A model generated the notes under the pieces. The model saw nothing but the letters and a program-made list of their open reading frames with translations, had not been told where the DNA came from and searched no databases. DNA of 64,000 nt from Longimicrobiales bacterium (GTDB taxonomy: Bacteria; Gemmatimonadota; Gemmatimonadetes; Longimicrobiales; Gaopeijiaceae). The DNA lies in the NCBI GenBank assembly GCA_965238005.1, contig OZ250165.1, forward strand, positions 512,001 through 576,000, read 5' to 3'. Both the position numbers and the translations under genes were made by a program. Shown here piece by piece: positions 1 to 9,633 of the stretch. Every line of letters starts with the position of its first letter. The first letter of the stretch is position 1.

Positions 1-135
1 TCGGCGCGCGCCGGATCGGTCCACGCGCAGATAGAGGCCGTTCCCGTCACAGTAGTATCCGGGCTTGGCACTGCGCACGAAGGCCGCGCTGAGTGCGTTG
101 TGCGGGCGTCTCCCTCGATGTTTGGGCAAATCCAT
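1..135 (-). CDS. N-terminus of a P4-like tyrosine integrase (arm-DNA-binding domain); runs off the left edge
   Basis: Manual translation from ATG at 135: MDLPKHRGRRPHNALSAAFVRSAKPGYYCDGNGLYLRVDRSGARR. The DGxGLYLxV..SG motif is typical of P4-type integrase arm domains. Not in the ORF track. Confidence 0.8.
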   Translation of the reverse strand, partial: MDLPKHRGRRPHNALSAAFVRSAKPGYYCDGNGLYLRVDRSGARR

Positions 136-626
136 GTCCTATCTCCCGTATAAATGCTCGTATGTCATATACGGGAACATAGTGGACAAACAGCGACACT
201 GCAACCGGACGGGTCCTACATAACCCACTGTCATAGCGCTAGTTAGATAATCTTACTGGACGCCTATAGAACGTACTGGAATCTATGTACTGGAGAGGGG
301 CGATCATCGCTTCTCCGGCTCCTACGCCCTAACGGTTCGGTGAAGAGGCTCCTCTTTCTCATTCCCGTGTCCCAGACCTCGGGACTGGAGGACATCCGGT
401 TCAAGACCGTGAGGGTGTCCCTGCCAATTGAATTCAGGAGCCCGATCTGCGCGGTGTCAAATGGGGCCTGCGGTGGGATGTCCCAAGGGGTCCAGCGAAG
501 TCCCGGAGGCGGGTCGGCCTTCGGCAACGGACGCTCCATTCGCCTCCAGAAGAGCCTGAAGAGAGCCTCAATCGCGGAGGGAGAAGTGCGTGCTGGCGGC
601 GGGGGCGAAGCTCGGTCGCGATCCGG

Positions 627-3419
627 TTATCGGCGCCGCCGCTTGGGCTTCTTGAGCCCTATCCCAAGGGGTGTGCGCATCTTCTCGTAGAGCATGAACA
701 AGTGCTCGGCGCGTTCACGCTCTGAGGCGAAGCCCGTGCGGCGATAGAGCCGGTCGACAGCGCGGTCGATCGACTGGTGCGCGCGGCGCAAGTTAGGCGG
801 CATCAGATCCGGGTCATAAAGGTCCGCCAAGGTGGCGTCAGGATAGGCGGCACGAGCGTCGAGTACGGCCTTTGCCAAGGACTTGAGCTTGGACACGTCA
901 GCGTTGGCGGGGGGCATCGGGAAAGTGTTGTAGACCATGCCGATACCGTAACTGTAGTCGCTCTTCAGCCGACCGCCGATTTGACGAACCCACGCCATAT
1001 GCATCGCGGAGGTCAAGACAGCGAACTGCGAGAGGGTCGCCTCGACAAGTATCCGAAGCTTGTTGCTCGGGACCACGGGTGGCTCCAGCCACCCGATCGG
1101 TACGTACTCCCGCCGTTCCGAACTGACTTCGGGGATCACCAGGAACGGTACGGTGGGGATGACGTTCACGTTGTATCGCGTCGGGTAGTCCGCGAGCATC
1201 AGCGTCTGCTTGCGCTTGCTCCTTGATCGGAACGCGCGAACGCGGGCAATCCGATCCCGGACATTGGGCATTCCTGCCAGCACATTCGGCGGGGCGTCGT
1301 GGAGCGAAAGGATCCACCTGCAACGATTCTCCAGGTAGTCTCTTCCGCTCATATAGGGACGCAAATAGGCCTCCGCCCCAGGTTCTGCCGACAAGAACTC
1401 GGCTCGCTCCTGCTCAGTCTTGAAGATGTATTGGCCGTCGTCGATGGGCTGCGACCCGCTGACGAGTTTCGGCAACCCGTTTACTGGCGTGCTCTCTTCA
1501 CGCACCGTCAGATGTGGGTCGGCGAGTCCGCTGGCGTCGAACAGGTACGGCGAGAGTGCGGCGTGTCGGGTTTCCTCCGGATCGCCCTTGATATCGGGAT
1601 AGCTGAACAGGCGCTTTGCCGACCGCACGGCCTCCCGGCCGTCCAGACCGATGATGACTACGTGCACATGGGCCTGCCCCCGGGCGTCCGATCCCCACGC
1701 GAATGTCCGGTGGGCGAAGGCAATCTCTAGCCCATAGCGGTTGAAGAGGACCGGCCAGAGCTGCGCTACCTGCTCCCCTTGCGTGATCGAATTGGTGGCC
1801 ACGAAGCCGATCCGGACCGTGGTCCCATGCGAATACTCTCCCGCCTTGATAAACCATGGGGTCACGTAGTCGAGCGTACCTCCGGTCCCGCCGAGGTCCG
1901 CGATTCTCCGCACCTGGGCGCGCTGAGTCTTGCTCTGGTACTTCGCACCCCCGAAAGGCGGATTGCCGAACACGAAGGCACATTCCTTCGGCTTCAGTAG
2001 TTCGGTCCAGTCGATTTCCAGAGCGTCCCCGTGGAGGATGTGCGGCGACGTCTGGAGCGGAATCCGCACGTAGGTCTCACCGAACTCGAGGCTCAGCCGG
2101 TTGTTCATGATATGGTCCATCATCCACAGCGCAGTCTCCGCGATGCGGACCGGGAATTCACCGATCTCGATCCCATAGAATTGATCGACATCCACGCGTG
2201 AGAGATCCGGCGCCAAAACGTCCATCTGCCGCTCGCCCTCGCGACTTTGGTGCACTTCCTTCAGCACGTCGATCTCGAGCAGCCTAAGCTCCCGATAAGC
2301 GATGATCAGGAAGTTGCCGCATCCGCAAGCCGGGTCGAAGAACCGCATCTCACCGAGTTTCGATTGAAATCTGAGCAACGCGGCGCGGCGGCCCCGATCC
2401 TTTCTTGCTTTCAGGCGCTCGAACTCATCACAGAGATCCTCCATGAACAGCGGCTCGATCACCTTCAGGATGTTCTTCTCGGTCGTATAGTGCGCCCCCT
2501 GCTTGCGGCGCTCCACCGGGTCCATGACCGAATGGAACAGTGCGCCAAAGATCGCGGGCGAGATGTTGGACCAATCAAAACGGCAAGCGTCTAGCAAAGC
2601 CGTGCGCATCACTGCGTTGAAGGCTGGTATACGGAGCGACTCCTCGAACAACCTACCATTGACGTATGGGAAGCGGGCAAGATCCTCGTCTAGCGTCTCT
2701 TGGCGTGCTCCCTCTGGAGTGTCGAGCACCTGGAACAGTTCGGCCAACCGCGATCCGGTGTCCGATCCGTCCGAAGTGGTGCGGTTGTCAAGTAGGTCGA
2801 AGAAGATGTCGCGTGGCTCGAAGATGCCGGTGTCGTCGGCGAAGAGGCAGAACACGATCCGCACCAGGAAGCGTTCCAGGTCATGGCCTCGGTAACCCGC
2901 TGCCTTGAGGGCATCGTGAAGCCGCCCGACGAGCTCGGCAGCTCTGATGTTGACGGGGTCCTGGTCGCGGAACGTGCGGCGCTGCACCCCCAGGATGAAG
3001 CCGAAGGCCTCGACATGACTGGGTAGCTCGTCGAGGGGGAATACGACCGTTTCCCGCTCGTCAAGATCGCGAAGCTCGAATGTCTGAAAGTCGCTGACCA
3101 GGATGTAGCGGGGCCGATCGGCCTCGGGGAGGGCGTCGAAATACTCTCCGGCCTGTCCGTAGGCTTTGTCGAGATCGCGTCCGGCACTCTTCTGTTCGAC
3201 GATCAGGACGCCCGGCCAGAACAGGTCGATGAAGCCCCAGCGATTGTCCAGCTTGGCGACATGCTCCTCGTAGCGTGCGACGGTTCGGCGGCGGACGTCG
3301 AACACCTCGAAGAAGTCGTTGTAGAAGCTCTGCGTCTCGCCCTTCTCGTATGCCGCTTCTCGCCACTCCTCGGCGAAGGATGCGGCGCGCACACGCACCT
3401 CGTTCCAGGACAGGCGCAT
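627..3419 (-). CDS. MmeI-like type IIL restriction-modification enzyme (endonuclease + N6-adenine methyltransferase + TRD)
   Basis: 930 aa. N-terminal IDLFWPGVLIVEQK (PD-ExK), GAHYT, FFDPACGCGNF (SAM binding), GNPPF (catalytic), and a C-terminal LADLYDPDLMPPNL motif typical of MmeI/YeeA proteins. Confidence 0.9.
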   Translation of the reverse strand: MRLSWNEVRVRAASFAEEWREAAYEKGETQSFYNDFFEVFDVRRRTVARYEEHVAKLDNRWGFIDLFWPGVLIVEQKSAGRDLDKAYGQAGEYFDALPEADRPRYILVSDFQTFELRDLDERETVVFPLDELPSHVEAFGFILGVQRRTFRDQDPVNIRAAELVGRLHDALKAAGYRGHDLERFLVRIVFCLFADDTGIFEPRDIFFDLLDNRTTSDGSDTGSRLAELFQVLDTPEGARQETLDEDLARFPYVNGRLFEESLRIPAFNAVMRTALLDACRFDWSNISPAIFGALFHSVMDPVERRKQGAHYTTEKNILKVIEPLFMEDLCDEFERLKARKDRGRRAALLRFQSKLGEMRFFDPACGCGNFLIIAYRELRLLEIDVLKEVHQSREGERQMDVLAPDLSRVDVDQFYGIEIGEFPVRIAETALWMMDHIMNNRLSLEFGETYVRIPLQTSPHILHGDALEIDWTELLKPKECAFVFGNPPFGGAKYQSKTQRAQVRRIADLGGTGGTLDYVTPWFIKAGEYSHGTTVRIGFVATNSITQGEQVAQLWPVLFNRYGLEIAFAHRTFAWGSDARGQAHVHVVIIGLDGREAVRSAKRLFSYPDIKGDPEETRHAALSPYLFDASGLADPHLTVREESTPVNGLPKLVSGSQPIDDGQYIFKTEQERAEFLSAEPGAEAYLRPYMSGRDYLENRCRWILSLHDAPPNVLAGMPNVRDRIARVRAFRSRSKRKQTLMLADYPTRYNVNVIPTVPFLVIPEVSSERREYVPIGWLEPPVVPSNKLRILVEATLSQFAVLTSAMHMAWVRQIGGRLKSDYSYGIGMVYNTFPMPPANADVSKLKSLAKAVLDARAAYPDATLADLYDPDLMPPNLRRAHQSIDRAVDRLYRRTGFASERERAEHLFMLYEKMRTPLGIGLKKPKRRRR

Positions 3420-3512
3420 CAGGCCACCCCGCCTGTTGCACCTATCACGGGGCGTGGCCCGCCGGGAGGCTGAACGACCGCGACCATCGGCATGCGCTCC
3501 GGCTCCACAGCC

Positions 3513-3833
3513 TTACCGTGAAACCGGATCGCGTGACCTAATGCCTTCCTCCCATCCCCGTTCCCTTCGCGCTTGCGCAAGCTCATAGCTCGCCTGCATC
3601 CGCATCCAGTGATCGGCCGTGCCCCAGCCAATCGCCTCCAACGCGAGAGCCATGTTCGCAGATACGCCCGCCTTGCCGTTCAACAGACGCGATAGCGTGC
3701 CCCGCTCACATCCCAGACGCGCCGCTGTCTCGGTCACATTCCAGCCGACCTCGTCCATGCTCTCACGGATCAGTTCGCCCAGTTGCGGGGGGTTCAGCAT
3801 CGGACCTACGCGATCGCTGTCGGTGTTGTTCAT
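3513..3833 (-). CDS. higA: HigA family antitoxin (HTH)
   Basis: NPPQLGELIRE...AARLGCERGTLSRLLNGKAGVSANMALAL...HWMRMQASYEL; lies directly downstream of a HigB-like toxin. Confidence 0.88.
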   Translation of the reverse strand: MNNTDSDRVGPMLNPPQLGELIRESMDEVGWNVTETAARLGCERGTLSRLLNGKAGVSANMALALEAIGWGTADHWMRMQASYELAQARRERGWEEGIRSRDPVSR

Positions 3834-3851
3834 GCTCCGTCCTCCTTCCCA

Positions 3852-4124
3852 TCAGTGGTAGTCGACCAAGTCCACGTCCACGGCTTCACCGTCCTCGAAG
3901 CGGAACACCACGCGCCAGTTGCCCGTTACGCGCACACTCCATTGGCCCGCTCGACTGCCCTTCAACGGATGCAGCCGAAAACCGGGCGCGTCAGCGCTAC
4001 CGGGATGCGTCGCTTCTTGCAACCGGAATAGAATGCGTCGAAGCCGTGGCACTAGATCCGCCGGGAGCCGAGCCCGATGGTCCTGCTCGTGCAGCGCCCG
4101 CAGTCCCTTGTGCCTGATCTTCAT
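3852..4124 (-). CDS. higB: HigB/RelE family toxin
   Basis: Start reassigned to ATG at 4124: MKIRHKGLRAL...PGFRLHPLKGSRAGQWSVRVTGNWRVVFRFEDGEAVDVDLVDYH. Confidence 0.9.
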   Translation of the reverse strand: MKIRHKGLRALHEQDHRARLPADLVPRLRRILFRLQEATHPGSADAPGFRLHPLKGSRAGQWSVRVTGNWRVVFRFEDGEAVDVDLVDYH

Positions 4125-4133
4125 AGACTTACT

Positions 4134-4150
4134 GTAGCGTGTCGCGTTAC
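4134..4150. promoter_or_regulatory. Probable HigA operator palindrome
   Basis: GTAGCG-N5-CGTTAC imperfect inverted repeat about 10 bp upstream of the higB start. Confidence 0.55.
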
Positions 4151-4199
4151 GCGCCGCCAGCGGTACCCTCGGAAGCCTGAATTGCCGAAGGCTTCGCGG

Positions 4200-4356
4200 C
4201 GCGATCTGGTCGGCTCCCGGTTCCTCCCCGGTCCTGAGCCGGTCCAAGTAGTCGGCCCATGCCTGCGTCATTTGTCACCGCTCGAGCAGGAACGCGGTTC
4301 GGTTGTAGGCCTTCCGTTCGTATCCCTCACCGCGTGGGCCAGCTAGTGCTCGATGA
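4200..4356 (-). pseudogene. C-terminal remnant of a second P4-like integrase
   Basis: Reads IEH*LAHAVRDTNGR / (1-bp frameshift) AYNRTAFLLER*QMTQAWADYLDRLR. This is the classic LAH...AYNR...WADYLD ending, carrying two stops and a frameshift. Confidence 0.8.
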
Positions 4357-4727
4357 GAGGTAACCGTTCGGCCAAGCCGTGATGGCGCCGGCTACGGAGC
4401 AGACTGGGGTGAGCTTGAGTGCGGCCTCCCGGATGATGGCGCGGGGGAGAACGCTCGCGGTGCACCGCAACCGCTTGATCCTACTGCCCCTGTCGAATTG
4501 CTACAGCGATGGGATCGGGCCACGCGCGTTCGCGCAGGATACCAGACCGCCGCTAGCTCCGACGCCATCCTCACGGCCCCGCCGAACGCTTACCGTGAGG
4601 GGTCGGTCGGATCGACCAGCCTGTCCGCATGCGTGTCACACGGTCTCATAGATTCCCGGTCGTGAAGAGGGATGAAATGAGGGGATCAGGTCAGATCGGT
4701 TAGTAATAAATCAATATATATCAATTA

Positions 4728-5541
4728 GGGCCTGTTAACACTACGGAGCAATTTGTAGTATATTGGGGCTATGAAAATCACAGAGTCCCAATATCGTCAG
4801 ATAGAGGCTTGCTTTCCGCGTCAGCGCGGCAATGTGAGCCTCTCCAATCTCGAAGTGCTTAACGCGATCCTGTATGTGGCCGAACACGGCTGCAAATGGC
4901 GCGGGTTGCCTCCGCGCTTCGGTAACTGGCATACGATCTACACCCGAATGAATCGCTGGGCCAGGGCAGGTGTGCTGGATCGTGTCTTTGCGGCCTTGCA
5001 AGACCAGCAAATCATCCGGATCAAGATCGAAGCGCTGTCGATCGACAGTACCATCGTCAAGGTGCATCCTGATGGCACGGGCGCGCTAAAAAAAACGGCC
5101 CGCAGGCCATCGGTAAGTCGCGTGGAGGCTGGACCACCAAAATTCATATGGTTGCCGCAGATGCTCGAACCGCGATAACCTTCTCGCTATCGCCAGGCCA
5201 CAAGCACGACGCGCCGGAAGGACGGGAACTGCTACGTACGTTGAGGCCGGTACACCCCACGGTGTGCATGATCATGGACCGGGCGTACGAGGGGCAGGAA
5301 ACACGGCAATTGGTGTTGGAGCTGGGGTTTACCCCCGTCGTGCCACCCAAACAGAAGCGTGTTAGCCCGTGGCAATACGACCGAGTCATGTATCGCCGCC
5401 GCAACGAAATAGAGCGGTTGTTTCGGCGACTCAAAGGTTTTAGGAGAATCTTCTCCCGCTTCGATAAGCTCGACGTGATGTTTACGGCCTTCATTCACTT
5501 CGCGCTCATCGTCGAAGCCCTCAGATAGTGTTAACAGGCCC
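4728..5541 (+). mobile_element. IS5 family insertion sequence (two-ORF type), apparently intact
   Basis: Perfect 16-bp terminal IR GGGCCTGTTAACACTA (4728-4743 / 5526-5541), with TA on both outer sides. Confidence 0.92.
4771..5528 (+). CDS. IS5 family transposase, orfA/orfB joined by a probable -1 programmed frameshift
   Basis: orfA 4771-5178 (GCKWRGLP..FGNWHTIYTRMNRW, IDST); orfB to 5528 (MDRAY, YRRRNEIERLFRRLK); A8 slippery run at 5088-5095. Confidence 0.9.
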
Positions 5542-5543
5542 TA

Positions 5544-7394
5544 GTCGATTTTGCGCGAGCGCTTGATCAACTCCGCTCAGCCCGCAACAAGGTCGAGGGC
5601 GCAGCCGGTAAGGTGGATGCTCTCGATGCGAGGCGCACGTCGCTTCTCACGGATTTGGCAGGCATTCTCGAGCGCTATGGTGAACCGCGGCCGCAAGACG
5701 CCGCAACGGCCGCGGCACGTCTCAATAGCCTCGCGGACCGCAATTTGAGGTTAGTCGAGGCAATATCTATCGAACAACGGGCGACCGATCAACTTCAGGA
5801 CATTTCAAGCGATCGCGATGAGGCCCTCAATTCGATAAAGCAAATCTACTCGGAAGCAGTGCTCGATGAAGGCGATTTGCATGGCCTCACGGCGCTGCTT
5901 AATTCATTGCCGCACTATCTGGATCTGAAGAACGCCGCGGCTCGTCTTAAAGGTCAGATCGAACTCGATCGTGCCGAGCTTGCAAATGCTGGCGACGCCG
6001 AACTCGTGGAATGCGATAGGTCGTTGCTCGAACGGCTGCAGGGTGAACTTTCGCAGGTGGCGACTAAGATGGCCGAGTTGCGGGGCGAGATTGCTGATAT
6101 CAACGCTCAGGTGAACGAAGCCAGACGCGGCAGCAATGTCCAGGATCTCATCGCCGTGCGTGACGAAACGCGCACGAAACTGCAGGACCGCCGCGACGAG
6201 GCGCTTTTCGCGAAGGCCGGAAGATTTCTGATTGATGCCGTCGAAGAGGAATATGAGCAGACTCAGTTGCCTCGCGTGTTCGAGCGTGCTCGCAACCATT
6301 TTTCTAGGTTCACGCATCACAACTATGAATTACGTTTGGGCAAGGAGGCTAAGGCGCCTCGGTTATTCGCTGTCGAGCTACGTAGTGGAGAGGGGCGGGA
6401 ACTCGATGAACTCTCGGACGGTACGCGAGCCCAGTTGCTGTTGGCGGCTCGTATAGCGTTCGCCGAGGAAGTGGAGCAAGGGAAAATCCTGCCCTTGTTT
6501 CTCGACGAAGCGCTCGATCAGAGTGACCCCGCACGTTTCGAGGCGATAGTGCGTAGTCTCGGACAGGTTGCAAACGAACAGGGACGCCAGATATTTTATC
6601 TCACCTGTGACCCTCTCGATTTCGATCGGATCCAGAATGCGCTCGTCGAAGAGGACTGCGAAATAGCCGCTGCAATCGATCTGGGCTTGATACGCACGAA
6701 GGCAGCTAGCGTGAGCGGGCCGCGTGCGCTCCGCGTCGGTCAAAGACCAACGGTTCTGGCACCCAATGGGTTGTCAGCCGAAGAATATGGCGTAGCTCTT
6801 GACGTACCGGTATTTCAGCCGGCGTTTGGATACACAGAACAGCATTTTTTCTATGTCCTGCCGGACGATCTGGACCTGCTGCGTGACTTTCTGGTGAATG
6901 GGATCGAGCGGGTAGGGCAATGGAAAACGGTTTCAGGTACCCCGCTAGCCGATAAATTGGGTTCCCGCTCGATATCTCCGCCGGAGATCGCGTTCCGGGT
7001 GGACCTGCTTGAGATCTTCTGTGAGTTGTGGAAACAGGGAAGGGGGCGGCCCGCCGATCGCGAAACTCTCGAAAACAGTGGTGCCTTGAGCGAGCGCTTC
7101 CTGGGTGACGTTGTTGCGATCGCCGATGAATTATGTGGCGATCCAGCGATGCTTCTCGCTGTTCTTAGGACGAATGAAGATCCGCGCCTGAAAGGTTTCC
7201 GACGGAGCAGTTTTGACAACCTTGATCAATATTTGCGCGAAAACGGCTATCTTGACGACCTTCCCGTTTTAGTTGAGAACGAACTAGTGCTTCGTGCTTT
7301 AGCAAGCCCAGCAGCTAACAAACTGCCAAATGGCGTTGCAAGAGATTGCGTATACCGTTGGTGGACTTGGGCTGCGAGATTGTCTGAACCGTAA
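5544..7394 (+). pseudogene. 5'-truncated YhaN/SbcC-like coiled-coil ABC-type ATPase
   Basis: Coiled coil, LSDGTRAQLLLAARIA signature and LPLFLDEAL Walker B, but no Walker A. The frame stays open right up to the IS5 right IR. Confidence 0.75.
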
Positions 7395-7711
7395 GCGGTG
7401 TGATACCGCTCTCGAGCTTCGTCGAAACCCTGATTGCGTGGCCGGCATCGCGGCGGCCCGGGGCCGGGGTCTGAGTAGCAATGGAACAGGAATGTACGCT
7501 AAGGGTCTCCGACCGGGAGCGGCCACTCCTCCTCAAGCCCAGCGTTCGGGTCGCGTAGCTCACGCAGTTCCCCGCCTCTGACGTCCCCAACGCAACCGAG
7601 TGCGGTCCCGGATCGAGGCCTTGCGGGAACGGCTCGAAGCGATCGAAGAGTAACCATTCCCGATGAAACCAAGCCGCCATCCATCAGGGATGAGTTGGAG
7701 AGGAGACGTAG

Positions 7712-7870
7712 TTGAAGATTGCAACACTGAACTTCCATCGATGTTTTCTTGCCCTACTTGTCGTCTTGCCCTTGTATAGCCTTCTGCGTGCGCAGGAGAC
7801 TGACGAAGACGGTCAGTTCCATCTCGGGTTTACTGGATCAGCTGTTTTCCCATACGACCCGAAGGGTCAA
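7712..7870 (+). pseudogene. N-terminal fragment of a secreted protein, cut by the IS110 remnant
   Basis: Good RBS (AGGAG) and signal-peptide-like MKIATLNFHRCFLALLVVLPLYSLLRA-QE; then collides with the truncated IS110 transposase end. Confidence 0.35.
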
Positions 7871-8802
7871 TCGGGCCCGACACCCACAGCGGGTCGGTGC
7901 CTGTAGTGCCAGGCGGCCTGAACAAGCACATGACGACACCGACTGTTACCCGCCTTGGTGATGGAGCCCTTGTGGTTGCGAGGTCCGGAGGAGTGCTCGC
8001 TGGGCACAAGCCCGAGATAGGCCATGATCTGGCCTGGTCGCTCGAAGCGTCGCCAGTCACCGATCTCGGTAATCAGGGTCATGGCCGACAGCGTGCTGAT
8101 GCCGCGGAAGCAGGCGAGCTTCTGGACCTGCGGACGATAGAGTTCTGAGAATGCGATCTCTTCGATCTGACGATCGAGATCGTCACGGCGAGAGACCTTG
8201 TAGTCCATGAGCGCTAGGTACTCACTGAACACCGCTCGATCTTCTGGTGCGAGTTGCTCCTGGTGCAGGAGCCGCTCGAGCCACGCCCGATGCTTCGGTC
8301 CCCAACGTCGTCCGTGACGGAAGACGAAGCCACGACGACTCAGGAACTTCAGGATGTAGTGACGGGAGCGTAGGATCTCGCGCTGAAACGTCTGACGACA
8401 CCGCACGAGGTCTCGCACGCGCTCCTCGCCCGGCGAGGGGATGCGGATCGGCACGAGCTCACCAGCCCGGTATAGCCGGGCGAGCTGAATCGCATCGTGA
8501 CGATCGTGTTTGCGCTGCTCCCCCGGACGGATCGGCGTCAAAGAAGGTGCGATGATGTCACAGTCGTGACCCCACTCCGTGAGCTCGTGGTACAGAACGT
8601 AGCCCGCTCCGCTGGCTTCATAGCACGTGCGGATCTCACCGCGCTTGGCCCAACGATCGAAGAATCGCCGTAGCTTCCGCAGATCGTTGGGGATCTTCTG
8701 CACTACAGCCGGCTCTTTGCTTGCGCCCTCGAATACCGCCAAAGTGACCGTATCCTCGTGAACGTCCATACCGATGAAGATCAATGACTCTGACTTGGAC
8801 AT
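7867..8802 (-). CDS. IS110 family transposase/recombinase, C-terminally truncated
   Basis: Start ATG 8802. DEDD RuvC-like motifs IGMDVH, CYEASG, KHDRHDA and C-domain AYLGLVPSEHSSG..SITKAGN are present. Ends abruptly after QAAWHYRHRP. Confidence 0.9.
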   Translation of the reverse strand: MSKSESLIFIGMDVHEDTVTLAVFEGASKEPAVVQKIPNDLRKLRRFFDRWAKRGEIRTCYEASGAGYVLYHELTEWGHDCDIIAPSLTPIRPGEQRKHDRHDAIQLARLYRAGELVPIRIPSPGEERVRDLVRCRQTFQREILRSRHYILKFLSRRGFVFRHGRRWGPKHRAWLERLLHQEQLAPEDRAVFSEYLALMDYKVSRRDDLDRQIEEIAFSELYRPQVQKLACFRGISTLSAMTLITEIGDWRRFERPGQIMAYLGLVPSEHSSGPRNHKGSITKAGNSRCRHVLVQAAWHYRHRPAVGVGPD

Positions 8803-8925
8803 TGGGCTGGCTCTCCTATTGGCTGCGACCTTCCGTGTCGCATGTGGCTCTGGTGTGTGAACCCAACCGGTCCGCACTAACCCATGGTACGCCGATTGGG
8901 CTGAGCCAGCCCTTTCATAACTTCT
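8803..8925 (-). ncRNA. Structured IS110 left-end non-coding region; bridge-RNA candidate
   Basis: 10-bp closing stem GGGCTGGCTC (8804-8813) / GAGCCAGCCC (8903-8912) encloses internal hairpins such as TGCGAC/GTCGCA (8824-8842), immediately upstream of the transposase. Confidence 0.55.
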
Positions 8926-9063
8926 GAAGTGGCGGCACGGGAGCGGTTTCATGGCGGGTGGGGATCTGGACTAGCCTTCAATGACAGTCCCTGCGAAAAT
9001 CGTGGTCGGGGTCCGGTCCCCGCCGCTCTCCGATCCTTCGACAAAGAGCTTAGACACGTTTTG

Positions 9064-9552
9064 ATGGTTGAACAGAGCCTGCTTCACATCACGCTGAATA
9101 TGAATCGCAGGCGGCTCAGTCCGCGTTCAGAAGTGAGATCGGAGACGATTGATCTTCTGTCTGCCCTGATTCAGAAGCCGGCGTTTGCGATCCCTGGTCA
9201 GGCCGCTTACCGCTGTGACGTTTTCGAGCCGGGCGGCCGCTGTCCCGGCTTCCAGGTGCTTGATGCCGACGGGGGTTCCCTCGTCAGCTTCGGTGTTGGG
9301 TTTGGGGAGGCATGCTCGCAGGCTTTGTGGATCGCCTTACACGCTCCCGCAGCTTTTCTGAATCTCAGGATCAAGACACAGTTGGAGAGTTCTCCCCCTC
9401 GGACTCCCTGGATTGGCGTCCTTCTCGAATCTGGACTGCTTCCGGGTTCCCCGGCGAGGGCGTGGCTAGAAGATTTTGTAAGATGCCTTTCGTGGTCGGT
9501 GATGGATCGGGCGCAGAATCGAGCGGGACCTGGTGCGGGATGGGTGGATTGA
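9064..9552 (+). CDS. Hypothetical protein upstream of Sir2-HerA
   Basis: About 162 aa from ATG 9064, within ORF 8929-9552. Globular-looking composition (HITLN...SPRSEV...PW...WLEDFVRCLSW); same strand as the SIR2 gene and about 80 bp before it. Confidence 0.55.
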   Translation: MVEQSLLHITLNMNRRRLSPRSEVRSETIDLLSALIQKPAFAIPGQAAYRCDVFEPGGRCPGFQVLDADGGSLVSFGVGFGEACSQALWIALHAPAAFLNLRIKTQLESSPPRTPWIGVLLESGLLPGSPARAWLEDFVRCLSWSVMDRAQNRAGPGAGWVD

Positions 9553-9633
9553 TGGGCTCGGGAATCCCTTGTGTAACGCATCTTTCATACGCAAGCCGCG
9601 CGCCGTTGCGGCTGAACTAGGACACACATACAA

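Noticed and set aside
299..330. GATCATCGCTTCTCCGGCTCCT resembling the dusA 5' end (DHRFSVAPM) as an att site
   Set aside because: It needs a 2-bp deletion and a substitution, and the adjacent integrase is P4-like; too short to support.
3852..4271. 139-aa extended HigB
   Set aside because: The extra N-terminus is the tail of the integrase pseudogene; the real start is 4124.
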